Part shown: positions 50,231-62,579 of the stretch, in pieces
How the letters are laid out: the number at the start of each line of letters is the position of its first letter
Position numbering within the stretch: position 1 is the first letter of the stretch
The notes under the pieces: generated by a model
The model's input: the letters and a program-made list of their open reading frames with translations, nothing else
What the model was told of the DNA's origin: nothing
The model's database searches: none
Source of the DNA: Octopus sinensis
Taxonomy: Eukaryota
Reading direction: 5' to 3'
Length of the DNA stretch: 64,000 bases
Assembly: GCF_006345805.1 (NCBI RefSeq)
Contig: NC_043011.1
Coordinates: 52,898,464 to 52,962,463 of the forward strand
Position numbers and translations under genes: made by a program

Positions 50231-50953
50231 TAGTATGGATTACCTAAATTGGTAAAGCAATGGAACTAGATGCCTAGCAGTATAATTTCATATTGTTTAA
50301 GTTCTGAGTTCAAGTCCTGCTGAGGTCTAGTTCATCTTTCATATTTAAAATATGGATGGTTTGTAAGAGGAAGTAGACCTAGCTTACGACAAAAATAAAT
50401 GCAAGTTACCCAAAAATCCATTCATGAATGTTGAAAATTAAGGTCATGTACTGGAGTCAATTTAGAGGGTTTCCCTAAACTAACCATCTAATTGGAAAAA
50501 TAATAGAAATTTATAAAAGAAATTTGAAGACATGAATAAATATATATTTCTCTTTCTGTGTGTGTATATGTATGCATATATGTATATATGTGTGTGTGTG
50601 TGTCTGTGTATATATGTGTATTTGTGTATGTCTGTTTGTATATATATGTGTGTGCATATATATATTCAATAATGAATTAAAAGCAAGGCTAATGTTGCAG
50701 ACATTATTGACCACACATGCTCAATGTATGTGCTTTGTTTGTTTGGGAAATGATTCCTTCATAAGTATTGCGCTTGGGGAATGATTCCCTCATAATACTG
50801 GGTGTTAAAGCACCCACAAGTCGTAGACAAGTGAGGTAACTCACCCCCAGTCCCATTCAGGGACTGTTATTTCACCATTTTTGTGGCTTATCAACATCAT
50901 GTACCTGAATCGAACTGGGAGTGAACCGAATTGCCAGTCAATGACTATATATA

Positions 50954-51263
50954 TCACCGTGATCACCATGACCGACCAGGCTATCAGATGTTGCTACACA
51001 ATGGTCACAATGCGTTTCGCATTGTTTTAGCCTTCAAATGATGCCACCCTGCTGGCTAAGCAAGCAGGCCAACAGAAGAAAGAGTGAGAGAAAGTTGTGG
51101 CGAAAAAGTACAGCAGGGTTCGCTACCACCCCACCTGCCGGAGCCTCGTGGAGCTTTAGGTGTTTTCGCTCAAACACTCACAACGCCTGATCTGGGAATC
51201 GAAACCACGATCCTACAACTGCGAGTCCGCTACCCTAACCACTGGGCCATTGCACCTCCACCT
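50954..51263 (-). mobile_element. SINE family B, tail type 2
   Basis: 13-bp TSD ATGACTATATATA (50941-53 / 51264-76); reverse match to 38044-38355. Confidence 0.92.
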
Positions 51264-52009
51264 ATGACTATATATAAATTGTGTAAAATCCATTTGCTGG
51301 CATGCCACAACAATACATACACAAGGTTAAATTTGCTGCTGTTTTCACTATACTGATTGGTTACGTAAAAAAAAAAAAATTTTTTAAACTGAGTGAAGAA
51401 ATCCACTCTTGAACTATTCAGACATGTACATTATATTAAATATACAGTCCATAATACTTACACAGGGCAGATTCCAAAACAGGTAAATAAAATATAAATG
51501 AGTAACAGTAGAGGTACAAGTGTCAATCCATTACAGCCGTTTCTAACAACTCCTTTAATTGATTAATGAAAACATGGAAAGAAACTGTTTTCGTCAGATG
51601 AATTCATAAACTTCAAATTAAAGGACATTCAAAATGATTTAACATGGTTTAAAATCCATGGAGCAGAAACATTTTTCTGTGATTTTGCTACTATTTCAGT
51701 TGACAGAATGGATTTACCAGAATTGTGTATATTTGATGAGAACATAGAATTTTAGAGGTTAGTAGAGTTTTTATGAGGTGGGAAAGGAATAATTGACTCC
51801 AGTGACCCAGTTATCTCTACTTCTAACAAGTAATGTCTACTGGTCAGTAGCAAGAAGATGATTTATGGTCAGGTCAACCTACTGAATTAACAAGGTCATT
51901 TGTGATGGAACCAATACACAAGTTTTATCTCCACAAGACAGAGGGCAGTAATAAGGAAGTGAGGGATAGGGAAGGGAGGGTAAAGAGGAAAAAGAAAGAA
52001 AGAAATCTG

Positions 52010-52742
52010 AACCAACCTGTACAGCTTTAGATGTGGTTTGTGCTGGTTCATTATGCTTGGACCATGATGTTTTTGATTGATGTTATTGTAGACAATCCAT
52101 TTTTCATTACCAGTGATGATTCATTTAAAAAGAAATAAAAAGGGCTGATTTCATTGCATTTGAGATGCATATTGATTGTTAAATGACTCGCTTTTAATGT
52201 ATGTAGAACCCAAATATCAAGCTGCTTAATGAGTCCAAGACATTCTAAGTGATTTTCAATTGTTGTGTGTGATACATTTAGCCTCTCTGCAATCTCACAC
52301 ATAATTATGTGACAATCAGATTAAATTATGGTTTTGATTTGGTCATCATCAACTTCAGTAGGTTGACTAGAATGTTGGTCATCTTTGAGTGAAAAATCTT
52401 TAGAATGGAATTTGTTAAACCATTTCTCACATGTGCGTTCTGTTAAGCAATCAACACCACAAACTTCACATTTCTCTTTGTGAGCCTCAGCAGTTTTCTG
52501 GCCTTTACAGAAATAAAAAAAAGCAAAATATGGCAAAAATGTTTATTTTTGCTCCCCATGTTAACACTAACACTGAACTAACAGCTGTAAACAAAATTAT
52601 GTGCAATTTGCTTCTAAAGTAAGCTAAAAGTAATGGCTATTAAATGTCAAAAGGAAAAAATCATAACCTTAACAAAAGTCATTCAAAAAAATTGTAACTC
52701 TATCAATTTGCGAAAAACGAAATTACTTTCTTGCCAACCCAA
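52010..52742 (-). mobile_element. Mariner 5' fragment (mellifera-like)
   Basis: Terminal TA-TTGGGTTGGCAAGAAAGTAA; HTH region (CEKWFNKF...DDDQIKTII); KQLDIWVLH and ITGNEKWIVYNN motifs; truncated. Confidence 0.88.
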
Positions 52743-52744
52743 TA

Positions 52745-53850
52745 AATAATAATATTAGGGTAAAAATGAAGATATATAAAATTTATAAAAGAGATACTAA
52801 TACAATAAAAGTTTTAAAATGTTTGAACATATACACAAATTACGGGAGGGTAACGATAAGACATATTAGGTATTAAATATAAGGTAAATAATTAAAAATT
52901 ATTTAAAATATATAAAAAAAGTGTATTCAGATATAAAAATTTAAAAACTTAAAATTGTAAAAAAATATAAGATGTATAAAAATATAAAGTATACAACAAG
53001 ATCTATAAATATATAAACAGATAAAAATAAAAATAAAAGGTTTTTATATTACACACAATAAATATAAAAAATAAAAGAATAAAGGACTTTTGATGCTAGA
53101 CATTATAATTAGGGGAGGATAAAGACCTGATGTTAATAATAACAGTAAATAAAAATATAGTAAAAAACAAACAAGTTTTTATACAAAAAATATATATCTA
53201 CTAATAATAAAAAATATAATTTTATATCACCATATATAAAAGATACCAATCCTGAAAAGGGGTAGATACATATCATAATCTATTAGGTGGATATAGTACT
53301 GGATGAGTTAAGTTTAGATAATTAAATTATAGTCTCATAATTTAAGCTTATGAATAGTTATTTCATATTATAGGTTATAAATGGTCAAAACTTGAGAGAG
53401 GACTATAAGTACAATATATTAAAGAGCACTTGATTAAATTGGCTATATAAATATCATTAGGAGTAACGAGCAAGATGAATATTATATTAAAGTTATGGTA
53501 ATTAAAGGGTGTAATATTCTTGGTGGGTTACAATGATTCAAAATGTAACAAAGTCAAGAGAAGGATAACTAGATCCATATCGGTCAGCCACAGACTAATA
53601 TCTTATAGCTAGTATTTAATAGAAAGTCAGGTTAGGATCTCACAAGTATAGTCAGTAAGCTTAGGGTATAAAATATTGTTAGGAAGAAGATGGTTATGAA
53701 TAAAATAAATTAAAAACTAATAAAGGTGTACTATGCCCAGCGGGAGTTAGATTATTTGCTACGTAAATTTTTTGGTTTAATCCATAAAGTTCTAAACACC
53801 ATAGACAATATAAAGGTATGAATTAACTAGATGGGGAAATAATTAGTCAG
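52745..53850 (-). mobile_element. Very AT-rich relic, probably Penelope-like (GIY-YIG region)
   Basis: Minus strand gives NIIFILLVTPNDIYIA then FNILYL*SSLK, resembling NIIY..V....YIG...FKxRLYNHKSSF; many stops. Confidence 0.4.
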
Positions 53851-53934
53851 ACAGAAAAGTTAGCAGGCTGTAGAAGTGTGAAAGAATTAGGTGGAGAATA
53901 AATATCCAGACAGACAAGTTATATATATATATCA

Positions 53935-54129
53935 CTGGCACCTGTGCCGGTGGCACGTAAAAAGCACCCACTACACTCATGGAGTGGTTGGCGTTAGGAA
54001 GGGCATCCGGCCGTAGAAACATTGCCAGATCAGACTGGGCCTGGTGCAGCCTTCTGGCTTCCCAGACCCCAGTTGAACCGTCCAACCCATGCCAGCATGG
54101 AAAGCGGACACTAAACGATGATGATGATG
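53935..54129 (+). mobile_element. RTE 3'-end repeat, family R
   Basis: Family match. Confidence 0.88.
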
Positions 54130-54159
54130 ATATATATATATATATATATACATATATAT

Positions 54160-54300
54160 ATAGTTAATCCAAACATGAAAACTCAAAGAGAAAACACAAC
54201 AACGCGAGGACATGGAACAAGTATAGTGTTATTGGACACTCAGGAAAGGAAAGAAAGTAGGAAGGGGAGACAGAGGAAAGAAAATCACCAACGATACACA
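54160..54300 (-). mobile_element. Penelope-like terminal repeat copy lacking the ribozyme segment
   Basis: Reverse match to both flanks of the 58753-58787 motif, without the motif itself. Confidence 0.7.
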
Positions 54301-55030
54301 GTTATAATGAAGATTTTGATCAAGAGTTTCATTAAAATACGAACACTTTAGAATAGTTGGTCTCAGAAAGGTTCGCATTAAAAGAGTTAACTTAATCCCA
54401 GATATTATAAAATATACTAATGTATATTTGGTCTAACTTCAATTGTAGTATTGTTTATAATGTCGCAAAATTTACCTGTTATTTATAAAGAAATTTGTGA
54501 TTAAATGTTGTGCCATATACACATTTGAAACCAGTTTTGTTATACTAGTTCCTGCATTGAAACTCTGCATTGATTCTGCCACCAGAATTACATGGTGAAA
54601 CTTGCTTCATGTTTTTACTAAAGTTATTTATATTCTAGTTCTTTCATGTTTTTCTCTCAGACTTGGTTATTATATTATAATTTTCACTTTCAGTTTTTGA
54701 TAAAATAACTTCCATCACACACACACACACACATATATATATGTATGTATATATATATATATATATTCATACACTAACCTCACCTATTGGACACATATAA
54801 CAGTGGTGGAGGGAGAAACTATTATGAATTCAAATTACAGTTATTATATTCTGCTTCTTATATATGTATTTTTTTCCCCTTCAAGCTTAGTTATTATATT
54901 ATAATTTTCTCTTTTTAGTTTTATTTTTTTGTCTACATCATGTCTAACCTTTTAGACACATTTCCAACACCAAGATGTCTGGAGAATAGTAAAACTGTTT
55001 TATATTTTAAGTTTAGTTAATATAATGTAG

Positions 55031-55252
<222 letters not shown>

Positions 55253-56299
55253 ATTTGTTTATTCTATCAACCTGTGTTGTTATAATTTTCTTTCTATTTA
55301 TTTCTCACAATATTGCTTACTCAAGTAATGCTAAGTACTTACAGCTAGACTATATGTGTATAATATGTAAATGTATGCAATACACGTGTGTGCATGCACG
55401 CACACACACACTCACACACACCATACTTCTTAACATCTTGATTTTCAACATTGTGTTTTGTTGTGGACAAATGTTCTTGCTGTTGCAAGCCACTTTAACA
55501 GAACAAGCTGAGTGATTCTTAAATCATGACTGTGGCAATACGAGAAAGATGTCTTATCAGTCTTGAAGCCTTCTCCATCCTTATATTCCAACAGAACATC
55601 AAGAAGAAAAACGGAAAATAGAGCAGATGTCTTGTACGCATACACTTGGCTCAAATTGCTAAGAAAGAGAACTGAGGCAAAAACCAGATGTGTTTATGAC
55701 AGACAATCAAAAAGGAAGAATTTATTTTGCTGAACCTAGTGTCATCTCCATCCTGTGTTATATCTGTCTGCGGTAGTTGAGTAGAAGGCACGAGGAATAC
55801 AAGCTTTCAGAAAGCCAAGATAAAATAAATGATTACAAAAGGGTAAAGTAGATTAGAGGTTCAAACAGAGGCAAGTAGGAAGGAATGTATTGTCTGTAGA
55901 AATACTATTTAATAAATATTTTCTTCAAAGTGTCTTATCTTTAGATCAAAGGAGTTCAATAAACAACAAAGGCTGGGTGTTTTAATATTCTATGTCAACT
56001 TTACTGGAGATCTATGAGTTGGATGGTTTTATATTTCCATTATACAATTTGGCACTGTTTCTCAATAAGATCTGAGGGAGATTTGGCTACTATTTCTACC
56101 AAGTTGAACAACAAGGAGCTCTGACTTTGAACTTACTTGTAAGATGGAATAATTCACACTGCAGTAATGTTTGCACTGTGAAATTTTCAAATATTTTGCT
56201 GGCTTGATGTTTAATTCCACCCACAGAAAATAATCACCAAAAAAAAAAAAGAAGAAAAAAGAGCAGACCCCCCCAACCTAATTGTGTACTGAACTATGT

Positions 56300-56830
56300 G
56301 AAATTACAGAACTCTAGTCAAATCACTTTTTAATCTAAAATAAAACTGACATTTAGAAACAAGATCTTCATCGTCTTTCTTTAAAAGCCATCTTACATGA
56401 ATTTTAGCAATCATGAAATTCTTTGCTTGTATTGTTCAACAGCTACCAATTCTATAATTATGATTTTATAATTAAAGTCTTGGTTTATTTCTGTTTCCTT
56501 TCAGTAATTCTTAATCTTTCTGCTTGAAGCCTTACTACATTTTCTTCTTGTGTTTCGTTTTGTCTTCTTTTAGTTTTCTTTTTATTTCAAGCCTTGATTT
56601 TGCTTTCGGCTTCCTTTCTTTTTCCTTTTTTTTTTTTTTTTTCCTTGTGTTTCTTCTTGTCGTTTTGCAACATTTCTTCTACTTTCTGATTCCATTGAGA
56701 ACTGTAACTTCTTCATGTTTTATAATCTTCATCTTCTATCTAATTTGAAGTTGAACAGTTTCTCTGTGGCTGAAAACTTCTCCATACGTTTGACTTGCAA
56801 TTACTTGCTGTATTCTTCAAAACATGCAAA
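56300..56830 (-). mobile_element. Possible Helitron RepHel N-terminal relic
   Basis: RRQNETQEENVVRLQAERLR resembles STPR-like repeats of Helitron N-termini, followed by DFNYK and Cys-containing remnants; many stops. Confidence 0.35.
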
Positions 56831-57322
56831 TTACACCTTGTTCTTCTCTTTCTAACACAATGTTTCCAACCTTCCCTCTTTATTCCCTTACTCTTACATT
56901 TCTCTCTCCCTCACTCTCCTTCATTATGCTCACTTACTCACTCACTCACTCATATATGTCATTATTTCTTTTCTTAGTTTCCTCTCTCAACGAAAAGTCT
57001 TTCTCTCCCACTTTTCTTCACTATCCCCCTTCCATATACACATACATATGCACTTTAACATTGTACATTAATATCTTTCTCTCCCTTTCTCCACCCCCCT
57101 CTCTCTGTTATTTTATGACATCAGCTCTCTAATTTCCTCTCTCTGTTGCAGATCTCTTTCTTTTTTTCCACCTCCCTTGTTTTACTCTATCACTTACTCA
57201 CACTATGTTTCTCTTCTCTCTCTTTATAACATTCCTCCTTATATTTTCTGTCTGCTGCTTACCAGTATTTTTAGTGGTTGACATCTAACTCTCTCTTCAC
57301 TTCCCTCACTGTCTCTCAACCA

Positions 57323-57361
<39 letters not shown>

Positions 57362-57440
57362 GGAATTTGTATGGGAGCACATGTATGTAAACAGTATAAT
57401 GCAAATGATATTATTCTGTTATTACTTTCTATCACTGGAA

Positions 57441-57493
<53 letters not shown>

Positions 57494-57904
57494 GAGGAAT
57501 ATTATTCCAAACTTACAGGGAAAAATTCAATTTAGAAATACTAAATCAAATTTCACAAAATATAATGTATATATATATAAATTAGAAAAAAAATGAATAA
57601 ATAAAAAATAAAATAAATAAAAAATATAAAATTGTTCCAGAAAATACACTCTATAATATAAATAAAGCCTCTAAATTAATAATGATGAAATATATATACA
57701 TATGCTGGAACTCTTGTTTTCAAGGTTTACATTGATCATATAGACACCAGTACAGATTTTGTCAATTTCTGATTATCAAACTGCTAGATTATCTTTTGAT
57801 GTAAAGAGATACAATGTTTCATACCATTTTGAACCAATATGTATATATACACACACACACACATTTACAACATACACAAGCAGACACACTCATAATAATC
57901 CTTT

Positions 57905-58110
57905 CTACTAAAGGCACAAGGTCTGAAATTTTGGCAGAGGGGACTGGTCAATTACATCAACCCCAGTGTTTCATTGGTACTTAATTTATCGACCCTGAAA
58001 AGATGAAAGGGAAAATTGACCTCAGCAGAATTTGAACTCAGAACGTAGTGGCAGATGAAATACCACTAAGCATTTTGGCCAGTCTGCTAATGATTCTGCC
58101 AGCTCTCTAC
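57905..58110 (-). mobile_element. SINE family C, reverse
   Basis: Family match. Confidence 0.85.
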
Positions 58111-58681
58111 CTTAAACACACTCATAATAATAATCATCATTTTATGTTCACTTTCTATTTTGACATGGATAAGATGGGTTATCAGGATCTGAGCCAATTC
58201 ATATTCAGAGTTGCATTCCTTCTAGGCAGGTTCAAAAACCATGTCAGACTTACACATTCCAATTTTATGACATAGAGTAAGTTTGTGTGTGTCTCTCTCT
58301 CTGTTCCTGTGTACTGACATTGCATAACAGTTGTATAAGTGTCACTGTTTTACAAGCAGTGTCATTCATTTCCAATATTTAGCAAAAACATGTCTGGCCA
58401 TGGGGAAATATTACCTTGCTTGGAAAGAGGTGAGGGTCAGTGACAGGAAGGGCATCCAGCCATAGAAAATCTATTTCAATAAACTGAGTCCAACCCATGT
58501 AAGGATGGAAGACAGGATGTTAAGACAATCATGATGGTATATATATATATACATGTATTTACATGTATGTATATGTGTGTGTGTGTGTATCTACATGTAT
58601 ATCTATCTATATATATATATATGTGTGTGTGTGTGTATGTATGTGTGTATATCTATATATATACATATACATACATATAAA

Positions 58682-58878
58682 TGTGACCGCGTGTGTACTG
58701 TTGGCGATTTTTTTCCTCCGTCTTCCCTTCTCTGGATCTTTCCTTTTCCTATGTTTCTGACGAAGCGCTCCGCTCGAAACGTAAAACCCTCCTTCTTCCC
58801 TTCCTTCTTGAGCGTCCAATAAATACTATATTTGTTCCATGTCCTCGCGTTGTTGTGTTTTCATGTTTGGATTAACTT
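58682..58878 (+). mobile_element. Penelope-like terminal repeat (pLTR-like) fragment between (TA)n tracts
   Basis: Contains the hammerhead motif; two reverse partial copies occur elsewhere in the window. Penelope assignment is inferred from the ribozyme architecture. Confidence 0.7.
58753..58787 (+). ncRNA. Minimal type I hammerhead ribozyme
   Basis: Stem I GUUU (58753-56) / AAAC (58784-87); core CUGACGA (58757-63); stem II AGCG / CGCU with CUC loop; GAAA (58776-79); palindromic AC-GU stem III; GUA triplet with predicted cleavage after 58783. Confidence 0.75.
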
Positions 58879-59031
58879 TATATATATATATATATATTAT
58901 ATATATATATATATGTATATGTATATATATATGTATATGTATATGTATATATATATGTATATGTATATGTATATATATATATATGTATATGTATATATAT
59001 GTATATGTATATATATATGTATATGTATATA

Positions 59032-59072
<41 letters not shown>

Positions 59073-59081
59073 GTATATATA

Positions 59082-59127
<46 letters not shown>

Positions 59128-59134
59128 GTATGTA
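58866..59134. repeat. (TA)/(TATG) microsatellite
   Basis: Seen directly. Confidence 0.97.
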
Positions 59135-59347
59135 CGAGAGCATACTGAAAGTTTTCTGGCTTAAGGTTATCACAAAAGCTCAGTTTGGAGGCTCACCCTT
59201 CTGAGTTCTTCCACAGGCCTTAGAAAAGCTGACAGTGCTGCAATAAATGTGAATCTGAGAGGGGGAACATGTTGAATGAAACCCTAATTAAGCGGTCTTC
59301 CTGTAGTTTCTTTTACCCAAAGCCAGGAACTTTTCACCATCCCCTCG
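59135..59347 (+). mobile_element. Mariner-derived MITE
   Basis: Imperfect TIRs CGAGAGCATACTGAAAGTTTTCTGGCTT / AAGCCAGGAACTTTTCACCATCCCCTCG. Confidence 0.75.
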
Positions 59348-59768
59348 TTTATATATAAACGGCATTGATTGGTTGAAATTACCGAAATACAACAACTTTA
59401 ACAAAAAATAACTTCCAAAATACAGAATTTTCTCAACAACGCCAAAAGTAAAAGATGCTTTATGTGACACATTCTACAAGTATACGAAGTTTGAAAGTGT
59501 TTAGTTACAAAAAATTATTTTTCAAATCTGCCGGTGAAAAGGTAAAGATCCCTTTATTGCAGTAAATGTTACATTTGTAAATCATTTAGTTTCACTGTTT
59601 TTCTCATCTTTTCTTTTTTTTTTTCTCCTTTTCCCTAGATCCCAGCCACACTTCCGCAAACAGCAGAAAATCGACAATCAACCATTCCAACTAAGAGCAA
59701 CTTCATGCACCAAAATATCCGTGTGAAACTTCCTTTTGGAGTTCTTTTCATGTTTTGCTGCCTGAAAT

Positions 59769-59885
59769 ATGAGTGATTCTTCGAGTGCTTCTCAGTCATC
59801 TGAGGAAAACGAGGTGTTACGTGCATCTCCGTCTGAAAAGGTTGACAACTATAGTGAATGCTTCGAGTCAGATGCTGAAAGTGAG
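59769..59885 (+). CDS. Candidate first coding segment of an unidentified host gene: MSDSSSASQSSEENEVLRASPSEKVDNYSECFESDAESE (exon 59639-59885; alternative donor after 59922)
   Basis: Long polypyrimidine tract and TAG acceptor at 59638; in-frame TGA at 59763; ATG with A at -3; Ser/acidic N-terminus; donors GAG|GTAACT and AA|GTTAGT; CpGs retained. No homology recognised. Confidence 0.5.
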
Positions 59886-60581
59886 GTAACTGTACAAACA
59901 AAACAGTCATCAGCGAGGAAAAGTTAGTTTGTTCCCCTTTGAAGAATCTGTTCTTGCTTGCTTTTTTTTTTTTTTTTTCGCCAATTCTTTGCCATTTTTG
60001 ATTTATTTATTCATTTTTATTTTTGTTTCATCTGCTGAGATGAAAATTCCTTGCTAAAAATTCCTTGTGTTATATAATTAAAAAAAAAATGGATACAGGA
60101 TCTTTCCCAAGTCATATAGACTCATAGGGCCAGTTTCCTGGTTTCCATGGTGCATAAATTCCTCCCTGGATGGGACACCAGTCCGTTGCAGGATTACTCA
60201 CTTTTACCAGCTGGGTGGACTGAAATAATGGAAATTGAAGTGTTCTGTTCAAGAACCACATGTTGCCAAGTTCAGGTATCGAAACCACAATCTTACAATC
60301 GGGAGTCCAACACCCTAATCACTAAGCCACATGTCACCATAGCTCCTTCTTGAGTCACATAGACTTGTGAAACTGGTTTCCCAGTTTCTCTGGCCTATAT
60401 ATTCCCCTCTGGATGAGACACCAATGCGTCGCAAGATTTCTCATCTTTGTCAGCTGAGTGAACTGGAGCAATGTAAAATAAAGTATTTTACCCTCAAGAA
60501 CACAGTGTATCGCCCAGTCCAGGAATTGAAACGTGTGTTATATACATACAGCCCTTTGCTCTGAGTTCAAGTTTTGATGAA

Positions 60582-60731
60582 TCAACTTTGCCTTTCATCC
60601 CTCTGGGGTCAACTTTGCCTTTCATCCCTCTGGGGTCAACTTTGCCTTTCATCTCTCTGGGGTCAACTTTGCCTTTCATCCCTCTGGGGTCAACTTTGCC
60701 TTTCTCCCTCTGAGGTCAACTTTGCCTTTCG
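60582..60731. repeat. 27-bp minisatellite, about 5.5 copies of TCAACTTTGCCTTTCATCCCTCTGGGG, within a family C SINE
   Basis: Units start at 60582, 60609, 60636, 60663, 60690 and 60717. Confidence 0.95.
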
Positions 60732-60824
60732 TTCCTCATGAAATAAAGTACCATTCAACCAAATATTGGAACCCTATCAGACTCATTAGTGTATTATGAA
60801 AATACCTGGCAATATTTCTTCCAT

Positions 60825-61065
60825 CTCTAAGGCTGTGAGCTGGAAGAATCATTAGCACACCTGGCAAAGTGCTTAGCAGCATTTCATCCATCTTTACATT
60901 CTGAAGTCAACTTTGCCTTTCATCCCATTGGGGTTGATAAAATAAATGCCAGTTCAGTATTGTGGTCGATGAAATAAGTACCAGTTGTGTATTGGGGTCG
61001 ATGTAATCAACTTACCCCCCTCCCCCAAACTTGCTGGCTTTGTACCAAAATTTGAAATCAGTATT
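60825..61065 (+). mobile_element. SINE family C
   Basis: Family match. Confidence 0.8.
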
Positions 61066-61398
61066 TCTTCACTAATAACATGTTTCATTCTTACTGGACA
61101 ACAACAACAGAAAGTGCATCTAGCTTTAATACTGGCTCTTCAACAATTCATTCGTAAATAATTAAATTAACAACTCATCCCACCCATGACAATGGGAAAA
61201 TAATGATCGTAAACTGTTAAGTAAATACACACATACACACATCACACATTAATAAATAAAACCTGTGAAGCTTGACATTTGTTGCTTCAACTTGCCATAA
61301 ACTTCAATAAACTGAACTCTCTTTCTCACTCTTTTCTTTCTCTCTCTCTCTCTTTCACTCTTACCTTACACTTTATTCCCAAATTTTGACACTTTGGT

Positions 61399-61760
61399 TA
61401 ATAATACAAATAAAAGATTCTTTGCTGACAGCTTAAATTATTGAATCACCTCCACCACCACCACCACCACTTCTACTACCAATCTTTCTATTCCATCTAT
61501 TGCTATAGAGACCTGAGGAACACTCTTGACCAGTTGCCTGGTCTTAATATGGTATTAGTGGTGGTAATGGTGGTTAATGTGGATGTGGAGGTGAAAGCTT
61601 TGTACTACGTCCTCTGAGTCCACATGTTCAAACCTGCCGTTAGTATTTTTTGTTGTTTCTGTGCAAAACACTTTATTTCAGTTCATTGAGTTGTTTGGGA
61701 ATAAGGCATCGGTTCAGTCTAAGAATATTCAGCATCAAACCAGTCATTGTCAGTCTGTCA
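61399..61760 (+). repeat. Copy 1 of an unclassified repeat of about 350 bp (copy 2 at 63400-63741)
   Basis: Colinear by eye, roughly 80% identical. Confidence 0.85.
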
Positions 61761-62104
61761 TCTTAATCCATCCGGTGAGCTGACAGAATAATTTTTGTGT
61801 ACAAGGTAAAATGCTTAGCAGCATTTCTTCCTGCTTTACATTCTGAGTTGAAATGCTGCTAAGGTCACTTTTGCCTTTCATCCTTTCGGGGTCAATAAAG
61901 TACCAGTCAATCAGTGGTACTTTATTGACTCTGAAAGCACGAAAAGCAAAGTTGACCAAAGTTGAACTCCAGTCAATCATTGGAGTCAATGCAATCAACT
62001 CTCTCTCTCTTCAAATTTCAGGCTTCATGCTTATAGTAGAAAAAATTATTGGATCTAAATTCTAGTTCTTATGATATTTGTTGTTTTTGTTGTCGTCGTC
62101 ACTG

Positions 62105-62480
62105 ATTTTGTTTGTTTGTTGAGCGAAGCAGTCTTCGTCTTGTAGTGGGAGAAGTCCAAAACGTGGTCCTTTGCTATTCGTAAGACCCGCAGAAGAGAAA
62201 GCAGGTCAACCCCCGACACCGAGAGCATCGACGGATAGATGAATGCGCATCCAGGCTCAGTGGTTGCGTAGGAAGTCGGGGACAAGAAACAGGAAGAGAG
62301 AGCGAGAGAAAGTTGGAGCAAAAGAGTACAACAGGGGTCGCCACCACCCCCTGCCAGAGCCTCGTGGCGCTTTAGGTGTTTTCACTCAATAAACACACAC
62401 AACGCCTGGTCTGGGAATTGAAACCACAATCCTCCGACTGCGAGTCTGCTGCCCTAACCACTGGGCCATTGCGCCTTCAC
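62105..62480 (-). mobile_element. SINE family B, tail type 3
   Basis: Head matches 22485; near-TSD TCGTCGTC(A/G)CTG; (AAAC)n tail. Confidence 0.88.
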
Positions 62481-62579
62481 TCGTCGTCGCTGCTGTTGTT
62501 GTTGTTGAGCAGATCCAGTTCAGTTCTAATGAGAAGAGCAAAGTTACAGGATTGGAAAGAAAATTATCAATGAATAACA

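Noticed and set aside
51456-51755. 61-codon stop-free + frame (51570-51755) and a nearby minus-strand GTAAGT donor
   Set aside because: No start codon or good acceptor and no recognisable motif; such lengths arise by chance. BLASTx or RNA-seq could revive it.
52745-53850. Possible mitochondrial insertion (NUMT)
   Set aside because: The + strand is A+G-skewed rather than the A+C versus T+G mitochondrial pattern; no mitochondrial gene motif recognised; weak GIY-YIG-like remnants fit a retroelement better.
59639-59927. Candidate exon as a piggyBac transposase N-terminus with an exon-trap acceptor
   Set aside because: No TTAA-CCC terminal repeat nearby and no downstream transposase sequence.
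60582-60731. CRISPR-like array
   Set aside because: Head-to-tail units with no spacers, derived from a SINE, in eukaryotic context with no cas genes.
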